Shown piece after piece: positions 54,538 to 64,000 of a stretch of DNA of 64,000 nt. A program made the translations under genes and the position numbers. Position 1 is the first letter of the stretch; each line of letters opens with the position of its first letter. The notes under the pieces were generated by a model, which was not told the origin of the DNA, searched no databases, and saw nothing but the letters and a program-made list of their open reading frames with translations. Source of the DNA: an uncultured Mageeibacillus sp. (GTDB lineage Bacteria > Bacillota > Clostridia > Saccharofermentanales > DTU023); assembly GCA_964606165.1 (NCBI GenBank), contig CAZSFQ010000001.1, forward strand, positions 74,278 to 138,277, in the 5' to 3' direction.

Positions 54538-56306
54538 TGGAAAGAGAAGCGGAAAGCAAAAAACGCTCCAGCCTTTGGCGCCTGACCCGGTACGCCCGCT
54601 ACGCCATCCCTTCCCTGGTGACCGGCTTCATCCTGACTGTCATGACAGTCGGGCTGGATCTTGCGGGTCCCTACATTATTTCGCGGATGCTGGACAAGGA
54701 GATTGTCATCGGCAGGGGGATGCGGGATCCGCGGATTTTCCTGTATATGATCCTGCTTTACGCCGTTTCCCTGCTTCTTTCACTGTTCACGCGCTATGGG
54801 GGCAATATCTACAACCAGAAGGCTGCCAACCATATTTCAGCCAGGATGCAGGAGGAGATTTTCAGCCACGTCCAAAAAATGCCGGTCGCCTACTTCGATA
54901 CACTGGCGGCAGGCACGGTTGTCTCCCGCGTCACCAACGACACCAAGGCAGTCCGCGTCTTTTTCACCACGGTCCTGTCACGGCTGCTCATGGCCGGTGT
55001 ATTTGCCTTTGGCATCCTCATCAGCCTGCTCAGCCTCGACTGGCGGCTCTTCCTGATCGCCTCAATCTCTTTTCCTGTCCTCTTTTTCCTCTTTCGGGAT
55101 TTCCAAAAAAAATCTCTTAGCTACAGCAGGAAATACCGCAAGGGCATCAGCCGGCTCAACGCCAGCCTGAATGAGAATATCAACGGCATTGAGGTCATCC
55201 AGGCCTTCAACCGTGAACGCGATATGTATGACAGCTTCGGACGGATCAATGAAGATGTTTTCAAAAACGGGCTCGGCATGACCCGGCTTCACGCTTACAG
55301 CGGCTGGAATGTCACGGAAGCGCTCAACTATTCCATGTTCGCCCTGGCCCTCCTTTATTTTGGACTTGGCAATATCCAGGGCACCAATCTGGTACCCATC
55401 GGCTCCCTTTACCTTTTTATTGACTACATGCTCCGCTTTTTCGCCCAGATGAACCAGGCCATGCAGAACCTGGGCAACCTGGAGCGGGCGCGGGGCGCGG
55501 CCGACCATATCTTCGAACTCCTGGACCGCCAGGCGCTCCCTGATGACGGCGAAATCCTGGACCACATGGAGGGCGATGTCGCTTTCGAAGGCATCACCTT
55601 CGCTTACAAAAAAGACGAAACCGTTCTCAGGGACGTCAGCTTTTCCGTTCCCCGCGGCGTGACGGCCGCCTTCGTCGGCCAGACCGGGGCAGGCAAGTCG
55701 ACCATCATGAATCTTCTCTTCTCCTTCTATGAGCCGGAGGAGGGCCGCATCCTGATCGACGGCCTCGATTTGAAAGCCCTGAACAAGCGGTCGGTGCGAA
55801 AGCACATGGCCATCGTCACCCAGGAACCCTTCCTTTTCACAGGGACCATCGAATCCAATATCACCCTGGACCGCCCCGGCCTTGGCGCCGGGGACGCCCA
55901 GGCCGCGCTGATCGAGGTCGGGGGCAGCTCTTTTCTCGCCCGGCTGGCCGACGGGGTCAAAACGGAGGTCAGGGAACGGGGAAGCGAGTTTTCCGCCGGG
56001 GAACGTCAGCTGATCTCCTTTGCCCGCGCCCTGGCCCAAAACCCTACAGTCCTCATTCTTGATGAAGCGACTTCCCATATCGACTCCGAAACAGAGGACA
56101 TTATTCAGAAGGGCATCGAACGCCTGTCAAGGGGCCGCACGACATTGATTATCGCCCACAGGCTGTCGACCATACGCCACGCCAGCCGGATCTACGTCCT
56201 CGACCAGGGCGGGATTGTTGAGTCAGGCAGCCACGAAGAGCTGATGGCAAAGCGGGGGATCTTCGCCGATATGGTAGCCTTGCAGACAAGGCAGAGCTGG
56301 AATTAG
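54537..56306 (+). CDS. Heterodimeric ABC exporter, half 2 (degenerate signature)
   Basis: TMD + GQTGAGKS, FSAGERQL, LILDEATSHID and AHRLS; coupled to half 1 through TAATG. Confidence 0.93.
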   Translation: MEREAESKKRSSLWRLTRYARYAIPSLVTGFILTVMTVGLDLAGPYIISRMLDKEIVIGRGMRDPRIFLYMILLYAVSLLLSLFTRYGGNIYNQKAANHISARMQEEIFSHVQKMPVAYFDTLAAGTVVSRVTNDTKAVRVFFTTVLSRLLMAGVFAFGILISLLSLDWRLFLIASISFPVLFFLFRDFQKKSLSYSRKYRKGISRLNASLNENINGIEVIQAFNRERDMYDSFGRINEDVFKNGLGMTRLHAYSGWNVTEALNYSMFALALLYFGLGNIQGTNLVPIGSLYLFIDYMLRFFAQMNQAMQNLGNLERARGAADHIFELLDRQALPDDGEILDHMEGDVAFEGITFAYKKDETVLRDVSFSVPRGVTAAFVGQTGAGKSTIMNLLFSFYEPEEGRILIDGLDLKALNKRSVRKHMAIVTQEPFLFTGTIESNITLDRPGLGAGDAQAALIEVGGSSFLARLADGVKTEVRERGSEFSAGERQLISFARALAQNPTVLILDEATSHIDSETEDIIQKGIERLSRGRTTLIIAHRLSTIRHASRIYVLDQGGIVESGSHEELMAKRGIFADMVALQTRQSWN

Positions 56307-56316
56307 GAGCAAGCGT

Positions 56317-56817
56317 ATGACCGGCGGCAATCACCGCGAAAAGAAGGAGCAAGCAGGCAGGCAGCCGGGGCGGAGCCGCTGGATGACGGTTCTGCTTCTT
56401 GGTCTTTTTCTCTTTTTCCTGATCGAACTCCTGGGTTCGTCCTGTTTTTTCGCCCGGGTTTTTGGCATCCCCTGCCTGGGCTGCGGGAGCAGCCGGGCCC
56501 TTTCTCTTTTATTACAGGGCCGTTTTGGCGAGGCCTTCCGCATGCATCCGCTCATCCTGGTCAGCCTGGCCCTCATCCTTGCCATCCTGGTTTTCATTGT
56601 CATGAAGCTTTGGGCCATCCGGCAGGGGAAATCCTTCCAGCTGCCGCTTTCGCCGCGGACGACCCGGGCCATTCTCTTTTCCCTGATCGCCCTCTACCTC
56701 ATTGTCTACCTGGTGCGGATGATCCTTTTCTTCCCGCATACGGAACCCATGTGCTACAATCCCGATTCCGTCTGGGGAAGGCTGATCGCCCTGATCGGGG
56801 GCCTGGCCAGGCGCTGA
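56317..56817 (+). CDS. DUF2752-family membrane protein
   Basis: CFFARVFGIPCLGCGSSRAL...F.EAFRMHPL motif. Confidence 0.85.
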   Translation: MTGGNHREKKEQAGRQPGRSRWMTVLLLGLFLFFLIELLGSSCFFARVFGIPCLGCGSSRALSLLLQGRFGEAFRMHPLILVSLALILAILVFIVMKLWAIRQGKSFQLPLSPRTTRAILFSLIALYLIVYLVRMILFFPHTEPMCYNPDSVWGRLIALIGGLARR

Positions 56818-56908
56818 CCGCGTCGTTTCTTTCACTTCATTGATTAGCCCGCGCCTAGTGGAGTATGCTTGACCTGTCAGCCGGCTTTTTCACAATGGAG
56901 GATTTACC

Positions 56909-58432
56909 ATGAGCTATTCACCCCTTTTATCTTCAGCCTTCAACGACACAAGCATGAGAAGCAAACACGTCTCCCCCCTGTCGGGCATGTGCTCCTTTTG
57001 CAGCCAGGACTGTCCCGGAACCTGTGAGATTGCCCTGGCGGCGGTTCTGGGCAAGCAAACGGTCTACCCGACCAACACAGGCGCCAATCAGGTCGCTTCC
57101 GAAAAGGATTACCCCATCGATTTCTCGCACTTCAATATCAACGGACGTGTCTTTGGAGCGGCCGGGGCCGGTGAGACCTACGAGGAAGCCACCATCTGGC
57201 ACGTCAATTTGAAAAGAAGCTACGGTCAGTTCAAGCCGGTTGAAATGACCATGCCCATCATCCTGCCCGCCCTCATCAAGCTCAACTGGCAGGACTATTT
57301 CGGCGGAGCCGCCATGGCCGGCGTCACCTGCGTGATTGGTGAGGAAGCCAGGTACAGGGATATCCATTTTCGTATTGAAGGAGGACGGGTGGTTCATTTT
57401 CCCGCCCTGGGGGGGATGCTGGATGCCTTCCGCCGCTACGACCGCGGCTACGGGCAGATTGTCCTCCAGTGCAATGTGGAGGACGACCTGCTGGGCATCC
57501 CTGAGTATGCTGCTGAAAAGTACGGCGTCGACGCCATCGAATTCAAGTTCGGCCAAAGTGCCAAGGGCACCCAGCCGGTGCGCCGGCTGCGCGACAGGGC
57601 CGACGCCATTGATAAGCAAAAAGCCGGCATGCTGGTGTTTCCCGATCCCCTGGATCCGGTCATGGAAGAGCTGGACCGGCAGGGTAACTGCCCCGGTTTT
57701 TACTCCTACGCCCGGCTGCCCCTGTGGGATGAGTCCTATCTGATCCCCCGGATCAGGCAACTGAGGGAGCTGGGAGTCACCAATATCTACCTGAAAATGG
57801 CAGGCTATGACAGAAAGGACCTGGAGAGGGTTTTAAGGATGGGCAGTGAGGCCGGGGTCGATATGATCACCTTCGACGGAGCGGGCGGGGGCACGGGTTA
57901 CAGCCCCACCAAAATGATGAACGAATGGGGCCTGCCGGCCATCCTGATGCAGGAGGCTCTCCTTAGTATAGTCAAGAAGATGAAAGCGGAAAATCACCCC
58001 CTCCCCGCCCTCACCATGACCGGTGGATTCAGCTCCGAGGATCAGGTTTTCAAGTCGCTGGCCCTTGGCGGCGGGGCCGTCACTGCCGTGGGCATTTGCC
58101 GTGCGGCCATGGCGGCGGCCATGACCGGGGAGAATGTGGGAAAACGGATCAGGGAGGGCAAGGTCCCCAGGATCTTCCAGCGCTTCGGCGGGACTGTGGA
58201 GGAGATTTATACCGACCTGGCGGACCTGCGTGCCATTTATGGCAGGGAGGCCGACGGATTTTCCCTGGGAGCCGTCGGTGTCTTCTCCTACCTCAACAAG
58301 ATCGCCTTCGGGCTCAGGCACCTGGCGGCCCTCAACCGCAAGTTCGACGTCTCCCTGCTCGACCGGAGCGACCTGATCCCCTTGACTTTCCAGGCCAGGC
58401 AGCTTCTGAAAGGCTCCTGGTTTGACTCCTGA
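56909..58432 (+). CDS. FMN-binding glutamate-synthase-family protein
   Basis: N-terminal CSFCSQDCPGTCE, EFKFGQSAKG, LKMAGY, FDGAGGGTG and TGGF...VFKSLALG. Confidence 0.85.
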   Translation: MSYSPLLSSAFNDTSMRSKHVSPLSGMCSFCSQDCPGTCEIALAAVLGKQTVYPTNTGANQVASEKDYPIDFSHFNINGRVFGAAGAGETYEEATIWHVNLKRSYGQFKPVEMTMPIILPALIKLNWQDYFGGAAMAGVTCVIGEEARYRDIHFRIEGGRVVHFPALGGMLDAFRRYDRGYGQIVLQCNVEDDLLGIPEYAAEKYGVDAIEFKFGQSAKGTQPVRRLRDRADAIDKQKAGMLVFPDPLDPVMEELDRQGNCPGFYSYARLPLWDESYLIPRIRQLRELGVTNIYLKMAGYDRKDLERVLRMGSEAGVDMITFDGAGGGTGYSPTKMMNEWGLPAILMQEALLSIVKKMKAENHPLPALTMTGGFSSEDQVFKSLALGGGAVTAVGICRAAMAAAMTGENVGKRIREGKVPRIFQRFGGTVEEIYTDLADLRAIYGREADGFSLGAVGVFSYLNKIAFGLRHLAALNRKFDVSLLDRSDLIPLTFQARQLLKGSWFDS

Positions 58433-58516
58433 AGGATCTTTTCTGCCGGTGCCAGGCCCTGGGTCCGGGCAAAAAGATTATGCTAAAATAGTGACACTTC
58501 AAGAGGTTTGGGGAAG

Positions 58517-60988
58517 ATGAAGGACCAGAATCAAAGACGACCGCAAAAGGGACGCAGGCCGCAGGATGAGCGCCTTATGGCTGAAGCGACGCGCCGCGCG
58601 CCCCGTTTCTCCGCCGCCAATGACGGCGCCGCGCGTCCGGCTGTCCGCAAAAGCAGGACAGCGCCTCCGGCACAGCACACCCTGCCCCAGGAAATCCGGC
58701 AAAGCCAGAAATACAAGAAAAGTAAACGCAAGCTCCGGAAGCGGGTGACCGGACGCCCTTCAAGGAATATGGCAGTTGTATCGGTGCCCGGGGCGCTTTG
58801 GTCGGGAGTAAAAAAGGCACTGCTTGTGGTCACCGTCCTGATCCTTGCCCTTCTGGCTTTTATTGGCGGCAGCGGGCTCGGCATGTTGTCCGGTTATATT
58901 TCGACGGCGCGCCCCCTTGAGATCAAGGACATCAAGGAAACTTATGAGGCCACCTACATCTATGACAAGAACGGCAATCAGGCGGCTGTCCTGACCGGCT
59001 CACAAAATATCCTGCGTGAATACGTTTCCATCTCCGTGATCAAACGAACCTACATCGATGACGCCTTCATCGCCATTGAGGACGAGCGCTTTGAGACACA
59101 CAACGGCATCGACCCCAAGCGGATCGCCAACTCGGTTGGCAATGTGTTTTTGAGTTTCGGGACTGACACCCACGGGGCTTCGACCATCACCCAGCAGGTT
59201 GTCAAAATGATGTCGGGGGCCGACGACCGCTCCGCCCAAAGGAAAATTCAGGAATGGGAGCGCGCCATTGATCTGGAGAAGCAGCTGTCCAAGGACCAGA
59301 TCATGGAATTGTTTGTCAACATGGTGCCTATGGGCGGCCAGTATGTCGGCGTCCAGTCAGCCGCCAAAGCTTATTTCGGCAAGGACATTTCCCAGCTGGA
59401 CCTGGCTGAATGCGCCTTTTTGGCCGGTATCCCCAACCTTCCCTCCATTTATAACCCCGCGACCGAGTACGGCAAACGGAACGCCCTGCGGCGGATGCGG
59501 ATAACCTTGTCCAAGATGCTGGAAATAGGGAAAATCACCGAAGAGGAATACCAGGATGCCCTCAACCGCGAACTGGTTTTCAAAAAAACAGAACAGGAGA
59601 CCGGCTCCTCGACGGTCAATTCCTATTTTATTGACGCGGTCATCAATGAAGTCATCAATCAGCTGATCACTCAGCGTGGCTATTCCCGTGAACTGGCCAA
59701 TGTCGCTGTTTTCCAGCACGGCTTGACCATCGAGACGACCCTGGATCCGGAGATCCAGCGGATGGCTGAGGCCAGCTTCCAGAAGAAAGAACTCTTTTCA
59801 ACCAATTACGACGCCCTCCCTGAAAGCCCCCAGATCCCTCAGGCGGCCATCACCGTGATCTCGAACCAGCCCGACTCCTTTGGCCAGATCGTCGCCATGG
59901 TCGGCGGCTTCGGCGAAAAAAAGAAAAACCTGGTCTTCAACCGTGCGACCCAGGCCTATCGTCAACCCGGATCGTCGATCAAGCCGGTCCTTGTTTACGC
60001 GCCTGCCCTGGACACCGGTCTGGTGACCGCGGCGACCGTCCTGGTCGATGAAGTCAAGAACCTGGATCCCAGAAATCCCGGCCGCTCCTGGCCGCGCAAC
60101 TCGGGCGGGGGCTACAATGGGCCGGTCACCATCCGGCGGGCGCTTCGCCAGTCGCTCAACACCATCGCCGTCGAAGTGTATACGCAGATCATGAATCCCT
60201 CCATCGGCCTTTCCTACATGAAGCACATGGGGGTCGACCGGACAGATGAACCGCAGCCGGCAGGCGCTTTGGGAGCCTTTGCCTGGGGCATGAACAGCGT
60301 TGAGATGGCCGGCATGTTCACCGCTCTTGCCAATCACGGAATTTTTACCCAGCCCTACCTGTACACCCGTGTGCTCGACGCCGACGGCAATGTCCTGCTT
60401 GAGCACAAGCCCCGTATCGAGCAGGTATTCTCGACCGAGACGGCCGATCTGGTGACCAATCTCCTGGTCGATGCTGCCCGCAACGCAAGTTGGATCCGTC
60501 CCTTTGTGAGCATCGGAAATCAGCCGGTGGCCGGTAAGACGGGCACATCGGACGAGCGCATCGACCGCTGGTTCTGCGGCTACACCCCCTATTACACTGC
60601 CGCTGTCTGGTACGGATTTGACAATGCCAACGGCCGGCGCACAGAAATCAACAGCAGTGATGTGGCGAGCCCCATCAAGATCTGGCGCGATGTCATGTTC
60701 CAGATTCACGAAGATCTCGAGGTGAAGCAGTTCACCATGTCGGACAAGCTGGTGTCGCGAAGGGTCTGCGCCGAGTCGGGCATGCTGCCGACCGAATACT
60801 GTCCGGAAGTAATTTCCGAGTATTTCGATTCGACCAAACGGCACACTTTCCCCGAGCTTCCCTGCACCCTGCACAGCGAGCCGCTGGAAGAACCTGAGCC
60901 GGAACCGACGGAACCGACGCAGCCGTCCGAACCGATCATCGTCGATGATCCCGGCAGTACCGTGACGGAGCCGGACGAAAACCCCTGA
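58517..60988 (+). CDS. Class A penicillin-binding protein (transglycosylase/transpeptidase)
   Basis: IAIEDERF, GASTITQQ, QPGSSIKP (SxxK), SLN and KTGT; basic N-terminal tail + TM; Pro/Glu/Thr C-terminal tail. Confidence 0.94.
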   Translation: MKDQNQRRPQKGRRPQDERLMAEATRRAPRFSAANDGAARPAVRKSRTAPPAQHTLPQEIRQSQKYKKSKRKLRKRVTGRPSRNMAVVSVPGALWSGVKKALLVVTVLILALLAFIGGSGLGMLSGYISTARPLEIKDIKETYEATYIYDKNGNQAAVLTGSQNILREYVSISVIKRTYIDDAFIAIEDERFETHNGIDPKRIANSVGNVFLSFGTDTHGASTITQQVVKMMSGADDRSAQRKIQEWERAIDLEKQLSKDQIMELFVNMVPMGGQYVGVQSAAKAYFGKDISQLDLAECAFLAGIPNLPSIYNPATEYGKRNALRRMRITLSKMLEIGKITEEEYQDALNRELVFKKTEQETGSSTVNSYFIDAVINEVINQLITQRGYSRELANVAVFQHGLTIETTLDPEIQRMAEASFQKKELFSTNYDALPESPQIPQAAITVISNQPDSFGQIVAMVGGFGEKKKNLVFNRATQAYRQPGSSIKPVLVYAPALDTGLVTAATVLVDEVKNLDPRNPGRSWPRNSGGGYNGPVTIRRALRQSLNTIAVEVYTQIMNPSIGLSYMKHMGVDRTDEPQPAGALGAFAWGMNSVEMAGMFTALANHGIFTQPYLYTRVLDADGNVLLEHKPRIEQVFSTETADLVTNLLVDAARNASWIRPFVSIGNQPVAGKTGTSDERIDRWFCGYTPYYTAAVWYGFDNANGRRTEINSSDVASPIKIWRDVMFQIHEDLEVKQFTMSDKLVSRRVCAESGMLPTEYCPEVISEYFDSTKRHTFPELPCTLHSEPLEEPEPEPTEPTQPSEPIIVDDPGSTVTEPDENP

Positions 60989-61126
60989 TTTTAGCAAGCG
61001 AAAAGACCCGCTTTCCCAACCCGGTCCGGGATCTTAGCTGATCCCCCTGTTTCGCCGTGCCAAAGGCTTATGCGATAATGGACGGCAAAGAATACAAAGC
61101 ACGCATCGATCAAAAGAGGAGGTTAT

Positions 61127-61963
61127 ATGTCCACGCCACAAACTTTTGACCAGTACAAGAAAGCCGCGGACTGGCTGAAGGAGCGCACGGGTATCCGGCC
61201 GGAGTTCGCTGTCATCCTGGGATCCTCGCTTGGGGCCATCACCGGGCGGATGACGGACAGGCAGAGTTTTCTTTACCGTGACATTCCCGGCTTCCTGCTG
61301 TCGACCAATCCATCCCATGCCGGCGAGCTGCACTTCGGAAACCTGGGCGGCCGGCCCTCGGTCATCATGTCCGGCCGTTTCCATTACTATGAGGGCTATT
61401 CCTACCCGGAGCTGGCCCTGCCCGTCCGCGTCCTCTCGCTTTTGGGAGTCCGGGCCCTGATCACCACCAATGCCGCCGGTGGCGTCAATCTCGACTTTGA
61501 GGTCGGCGATATCATGGTGATTTCCGATCACATCAACCTGGCTGGCGCCAGCCCCATGACAGGACCCAATATTGCGGAATTCGGGCCGCGCTTTTTCGAC
61601 ATCAGCTGGCTCTACACGCCTGCGCTTCGGAAACTGGCTCACCAGACAGCCGCCAAACTTGATCCACCCTTAAACCTGGTGGAGGGCGTCTACTATTTTT
61701 GCACGGGCCCCCATTTTGAGACACCGGCCGAAATACGCGCCATCCGGACCCTGGGGGGAGATGCCGTGGGCATGTCAACCGTGACGGAAACTTTGACAGC
61801 CGCCCATTGCGGCATGGAAGTCCTGGGCTTCTCCCTGATCACCAATATGGCGGCCGGGGTCCTTGACCAGGCCCTCTCCGACGAAGAGGTCGGTGTGGTG
61901 GCCAAGGCATCGGCCGACCGGCTGGGAGCGCTCATCGAAGGCATCATTGCGGGGAAAGGATAG
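61127..61963 (+). CDS. punA: Purine-nucleoside phosphorylase (trimeric type)
   Basis: ILGSSLG, GRFHYYEGY, TNAAGG, DHIN, GPHFETPAE, VGMSTV and ITNMAAG. Confidence 0.92.
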   Translation: MSTPQTFDQYKKAADWLKERTGIRPEFAVILGSSLGAITGRMTDRQSFLYRDIPGFLLSTNPSHAGELHFGNLGGRPSVIMSGRFHYYEGYSYPELALPVRVLSLLGVRALITTNAAGGVNLDFEVGDIMVISDHINLAGASPMTGPNIAEFGPRFFDISWLYTPALRKLAHQTAAKLDPPLNLVEGVYYFCTGPHFETPAEIRAIRTLGGDAVGMSTVTETLTAAHCGMEVLGFSLITNMAAGVLDQALSDEEVGVVAKASADRLGALIEGIIAGKG

Positions 61964-61967
61964 ACCA

Positions 61968-63272
61968 ATGCTATTTCACGACATCGCCCTGATCGGCCAG
62001 GACGGGAAGACCCGGGAGCACATGAATGTCCGGGTCGCCGGCGCCTACATTGACGCCGTCGAACCCTGCGGGACCACACTTGACCAGGCCCGCGCCGGGG
62101 AAAAGGATGTCTATGACGGCCGCGGGAAACTCCTTATCCCCGGTTTTTTCAACAACCACTCCCACGTCCCCATGACCCTGACGCGTGGTTACGGTGAAGA
62201 CTTGTCTCTTTATGACTGGCTTTATAAACGGATCTTCCCTTTTGAAGCGCTGCTGACCGAAGAGGATATGTATTGGGGCGCCCTTTTGGGGATCGCCGAA
62301 ATGCTGAGCGGCGGCACCGTTTCTTTCACCGACATGTACATGCGGATCCAGGGGATTTTCCGGGCCGTGGTCGAATCGGGCATCAAGGCCAGCCTGTCCA
62401 ACGGCCTGACGGGTGACGCGGCAACCCTGCTCGAGGAAACCGCCTGGTACCGCGAGACGGAAACCATGATCCGTGACGCCCAGACATCCAAGGGCCTGGT
62501 CATAGCCAACGCCTCGCTTCACGCCCAGTACACCAGCGCCCCCGAACTGGTCCGCCAGATCGCGGATTATGCCAGGGACAGAAAGCTTCGGATGCACGTC
62601 CACCTGTCGGAAACCAAGGGCGAGCACGAGGAATGCAAGGAAAAGTACGGCAAGACCCCGGCCCGCTACCTGGCTGACCTGGGGCTTTTCGATGTGCCAA
62701 CCACGGCTGCCCACGCAATTTTCATTGAGGATGAGGATTATGACATCCTGAAGAACAAGGGCGTGACACTCAGCCATCAGCCCTCTTCCAACCTGAAGAT
62801 CGGCAGCGGCCTGCCCGATGTCAAAGCCTGGCGCGATTATGGCATTCGCGTCACAATCGGTACGGACGGCGCGGGAAGCAATAACAACCTGGACATGATC
62901 GAGGAAGTGACGCTGGCCTCTTTCCTGGCCAAGGGCATGCACCGCGACCCGCTCCTTTTCTCGACGGGGGAGCTTTTGACCTTCGCGACCCGAAACGGCG
63001 CCCTGGCCCAGGGGCGTAAAGACACGGGCCTGCTTGAGGAGGATTACCGGGCCGACCTGACCGTCCTCGACATGACGACGCTGAAGTTCCAGCCTGTTTA
63101 CGATTACGGAACCAGCCTCTTTACCAATGCCAACGCCTCCGATGTGGCGCTGACCATGGTGGATGGCCGGGTGCTGTATAAGGATGGTGAGTTTACAACC
63201 ATCGACATTGAGAAAGTCATCCACAATGTCTATCGCATCCGGGACGAGAAGCTGAAGGCACTGGCTGGCTGA
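61968..63272 (+). CDS. Amidohydrolase, MtaD-like (MTA/SAH or adenosine deaminase)
   Basis: PGFFNNHSHVPM, GTVSFTDMY, HVHLSET, AAHAIF, HQPSSNLKIGSG and GTDGAGSNN. Confidence 0.88.
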   Translation: MLFHDIALIGQDGKTREHMNVRVAGAYIDAVEPCGTTLDQARAGEKDVYDGRGKLLIPGFFNNHSHVPMTLTRGYGEDLSLYDWLYKRIFPFEALLTEEDMYWGALLGIAEMLSGGTVSFTDMYMRIQGIFRAVVESGIKASLSNGLTGDAATLLEETAWYRETETMIRDAQTSKGLVIANASLHAQYTSAPELVRQIADYARDRKLRMHVHLSETKGEHEECKEKYGKTPARYLADLGLFDVPTTAAHAIFIEDEDYDILKNKGVTLSHQPSSNLKIGSGLPDVKAWRDYGIRVTIGTDGAGSNNNLDMIEEVTLASFLAKGMHRDPLLFSTGELLTFATRNGALAQGRKDTGLLEEDYRADLTVLDMTTLKFQPVYDYGTSLFTNANASDVALTMVDGRVLYKDGEFTTIDIEKVIHNVYRIRDEKLKALAG

Positions 63273-63410
63273 TCAGGGTTTTATGGAAATACTCCCCCAA
63301 AAGTTGATAGGGACCCGGGCGGGTCCCTATCGAGGAGACGTATGAAGAGGTGTTGTCGTAGCGTCTTGCTACGGTCATAATATAACGCCCATTTGTTGAG
63401 CAGAAACATC

Positions 63411-64000
63411 ATGAATTTGAACAATTGTCACAATTGCGTGTTACGGCGCAGGCAAAAACGAAATTGGCCAAGGGTTGCAGCCCTCTTCCTTCTTGTGATC
63501 ATGGCGGCAGCCTTGCCCAGCCTGTCCGCCTGCTATTTCAAGGGCTCCGGAATACCATCGGGGCCTGACCTGACGACGCCCCACCCCTCACGGACGGATA
63601 ACCGGCCCCTTCAGATTCCCACGGACCATCCCCTGACGGAAGAGGAAGCGGCCCTGGCCGCGGCCGCCTTTGATCTGCCCCTGGAGACCTACGACCTGCT
63701 CCGCCCCGGCGGGGCGGTCGATCTTTCCCGGCTCGAGGAGGTGGAAATCTTCCGGGTGGTTGACGGCGACACCCTGATCGTCATGCGGGACGACCGGCCG
63801 GTCAGGCTCCGGCTCATCGGGCTTGACGCCCCCGAATCCTATTCACATCACGATGAAAAGATGAGGACCCACCAGGGCGAGTCGGTCTCGCGCCTGGTCA
63901 CTGCATGGCTGGCTGGCCGCACGGCCTACCTCCAGTTCGATGTCGAGCCGGCCGACCCTTACGACCGGCTTTTGGCCTATGTATGGCTGGACGCCCATAC
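63411..64000 (+). CDS. Thermonuclease (SNase)-family lipoprotein, 3'-truncated by the window edge (not in the supplied ORF track)
   Basis: Translated by hand: signal peptide with lipobox LSAC, then RVVDGDTL, VRLRLIGLDAPE and DPYDRLLAYVW; preceded by TTGTCG-17-CATAAT. Confidence 0.88.
   Translation, partial: MNLNNCHNCVLRRRQKRNWPRVAALFLLVIMAAALPSLSACYFKGSGIPSGPDLTTPHPSRTDNRPLQIPTDHPLTEEEAALAAAAFDLPLETYDLLRPGGAVDLSRLEEVEIFRVVDGDTLIVMRDDRPVRLRLIGLDAPESYSHHDEKMRTHQGESVSRLVTAWLAGRTAYLQFDVEPADPYDRLLAYVWLDAH

Overview
Chromosomal window of a GC-rich Clostridia-like anaerobe. (1) 1-~5.9 kb is the end of a lower-GC phage-like element: a family-A DNA polymerase, three small ORFs, two large serine recombinases and four phased TGCACCC repeats. 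It abuts the 3' side of a five-tRNA cluster (Met, Glu, Val, Gly, Cys; minus strand). (2) 6.6-17.4 kb (minus) holds MATE and secG, then a tightly packed run of mtaB, ireB, ruvX, two DUF1292 genes, a CPBP protease, a ~1065-aa membrane-anchored beta-propeller/GH51-like protein lacking the catalytic Glu, uppP and a degenerate CobT. (3) 17.6-23.7 kb is rnfCDGEAB, whose RnfG has three tandem FMN-binding domains. (4) 23.8-28.4 kb holds a DUF1576 gene, rpmB, an ArsR/CadA unit with its operator, an orphan hisE, and an orphan sigma-A promoter that may drive a ~85-nt sRNA with a C-rich loop. (5) 28.6-41.2 kb (minus) joins the arginine deiminase pathway (arcA, arcB, arcC) to the oxidative ornithine pathway (ord fused to ortA, ortB, oraS, oraE, reactivase, orr) plus alr. 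(6) 41.3-50.1 kb is a Na+-type V/A-ATPase operon. (7) 50.3-64 kb holds an acyltransferase, a membrane protein, a heterodimeric ABC exporter, DUF2752, a glutamate-synthase-like flavoprotein, a class A PBP, PNP, a nucleoside deaminase and a truncated thermonuclease lipoprotein. All calls come from recalled motifs read by eye; no database search was run, and several start codons were re-picked using RBS context.
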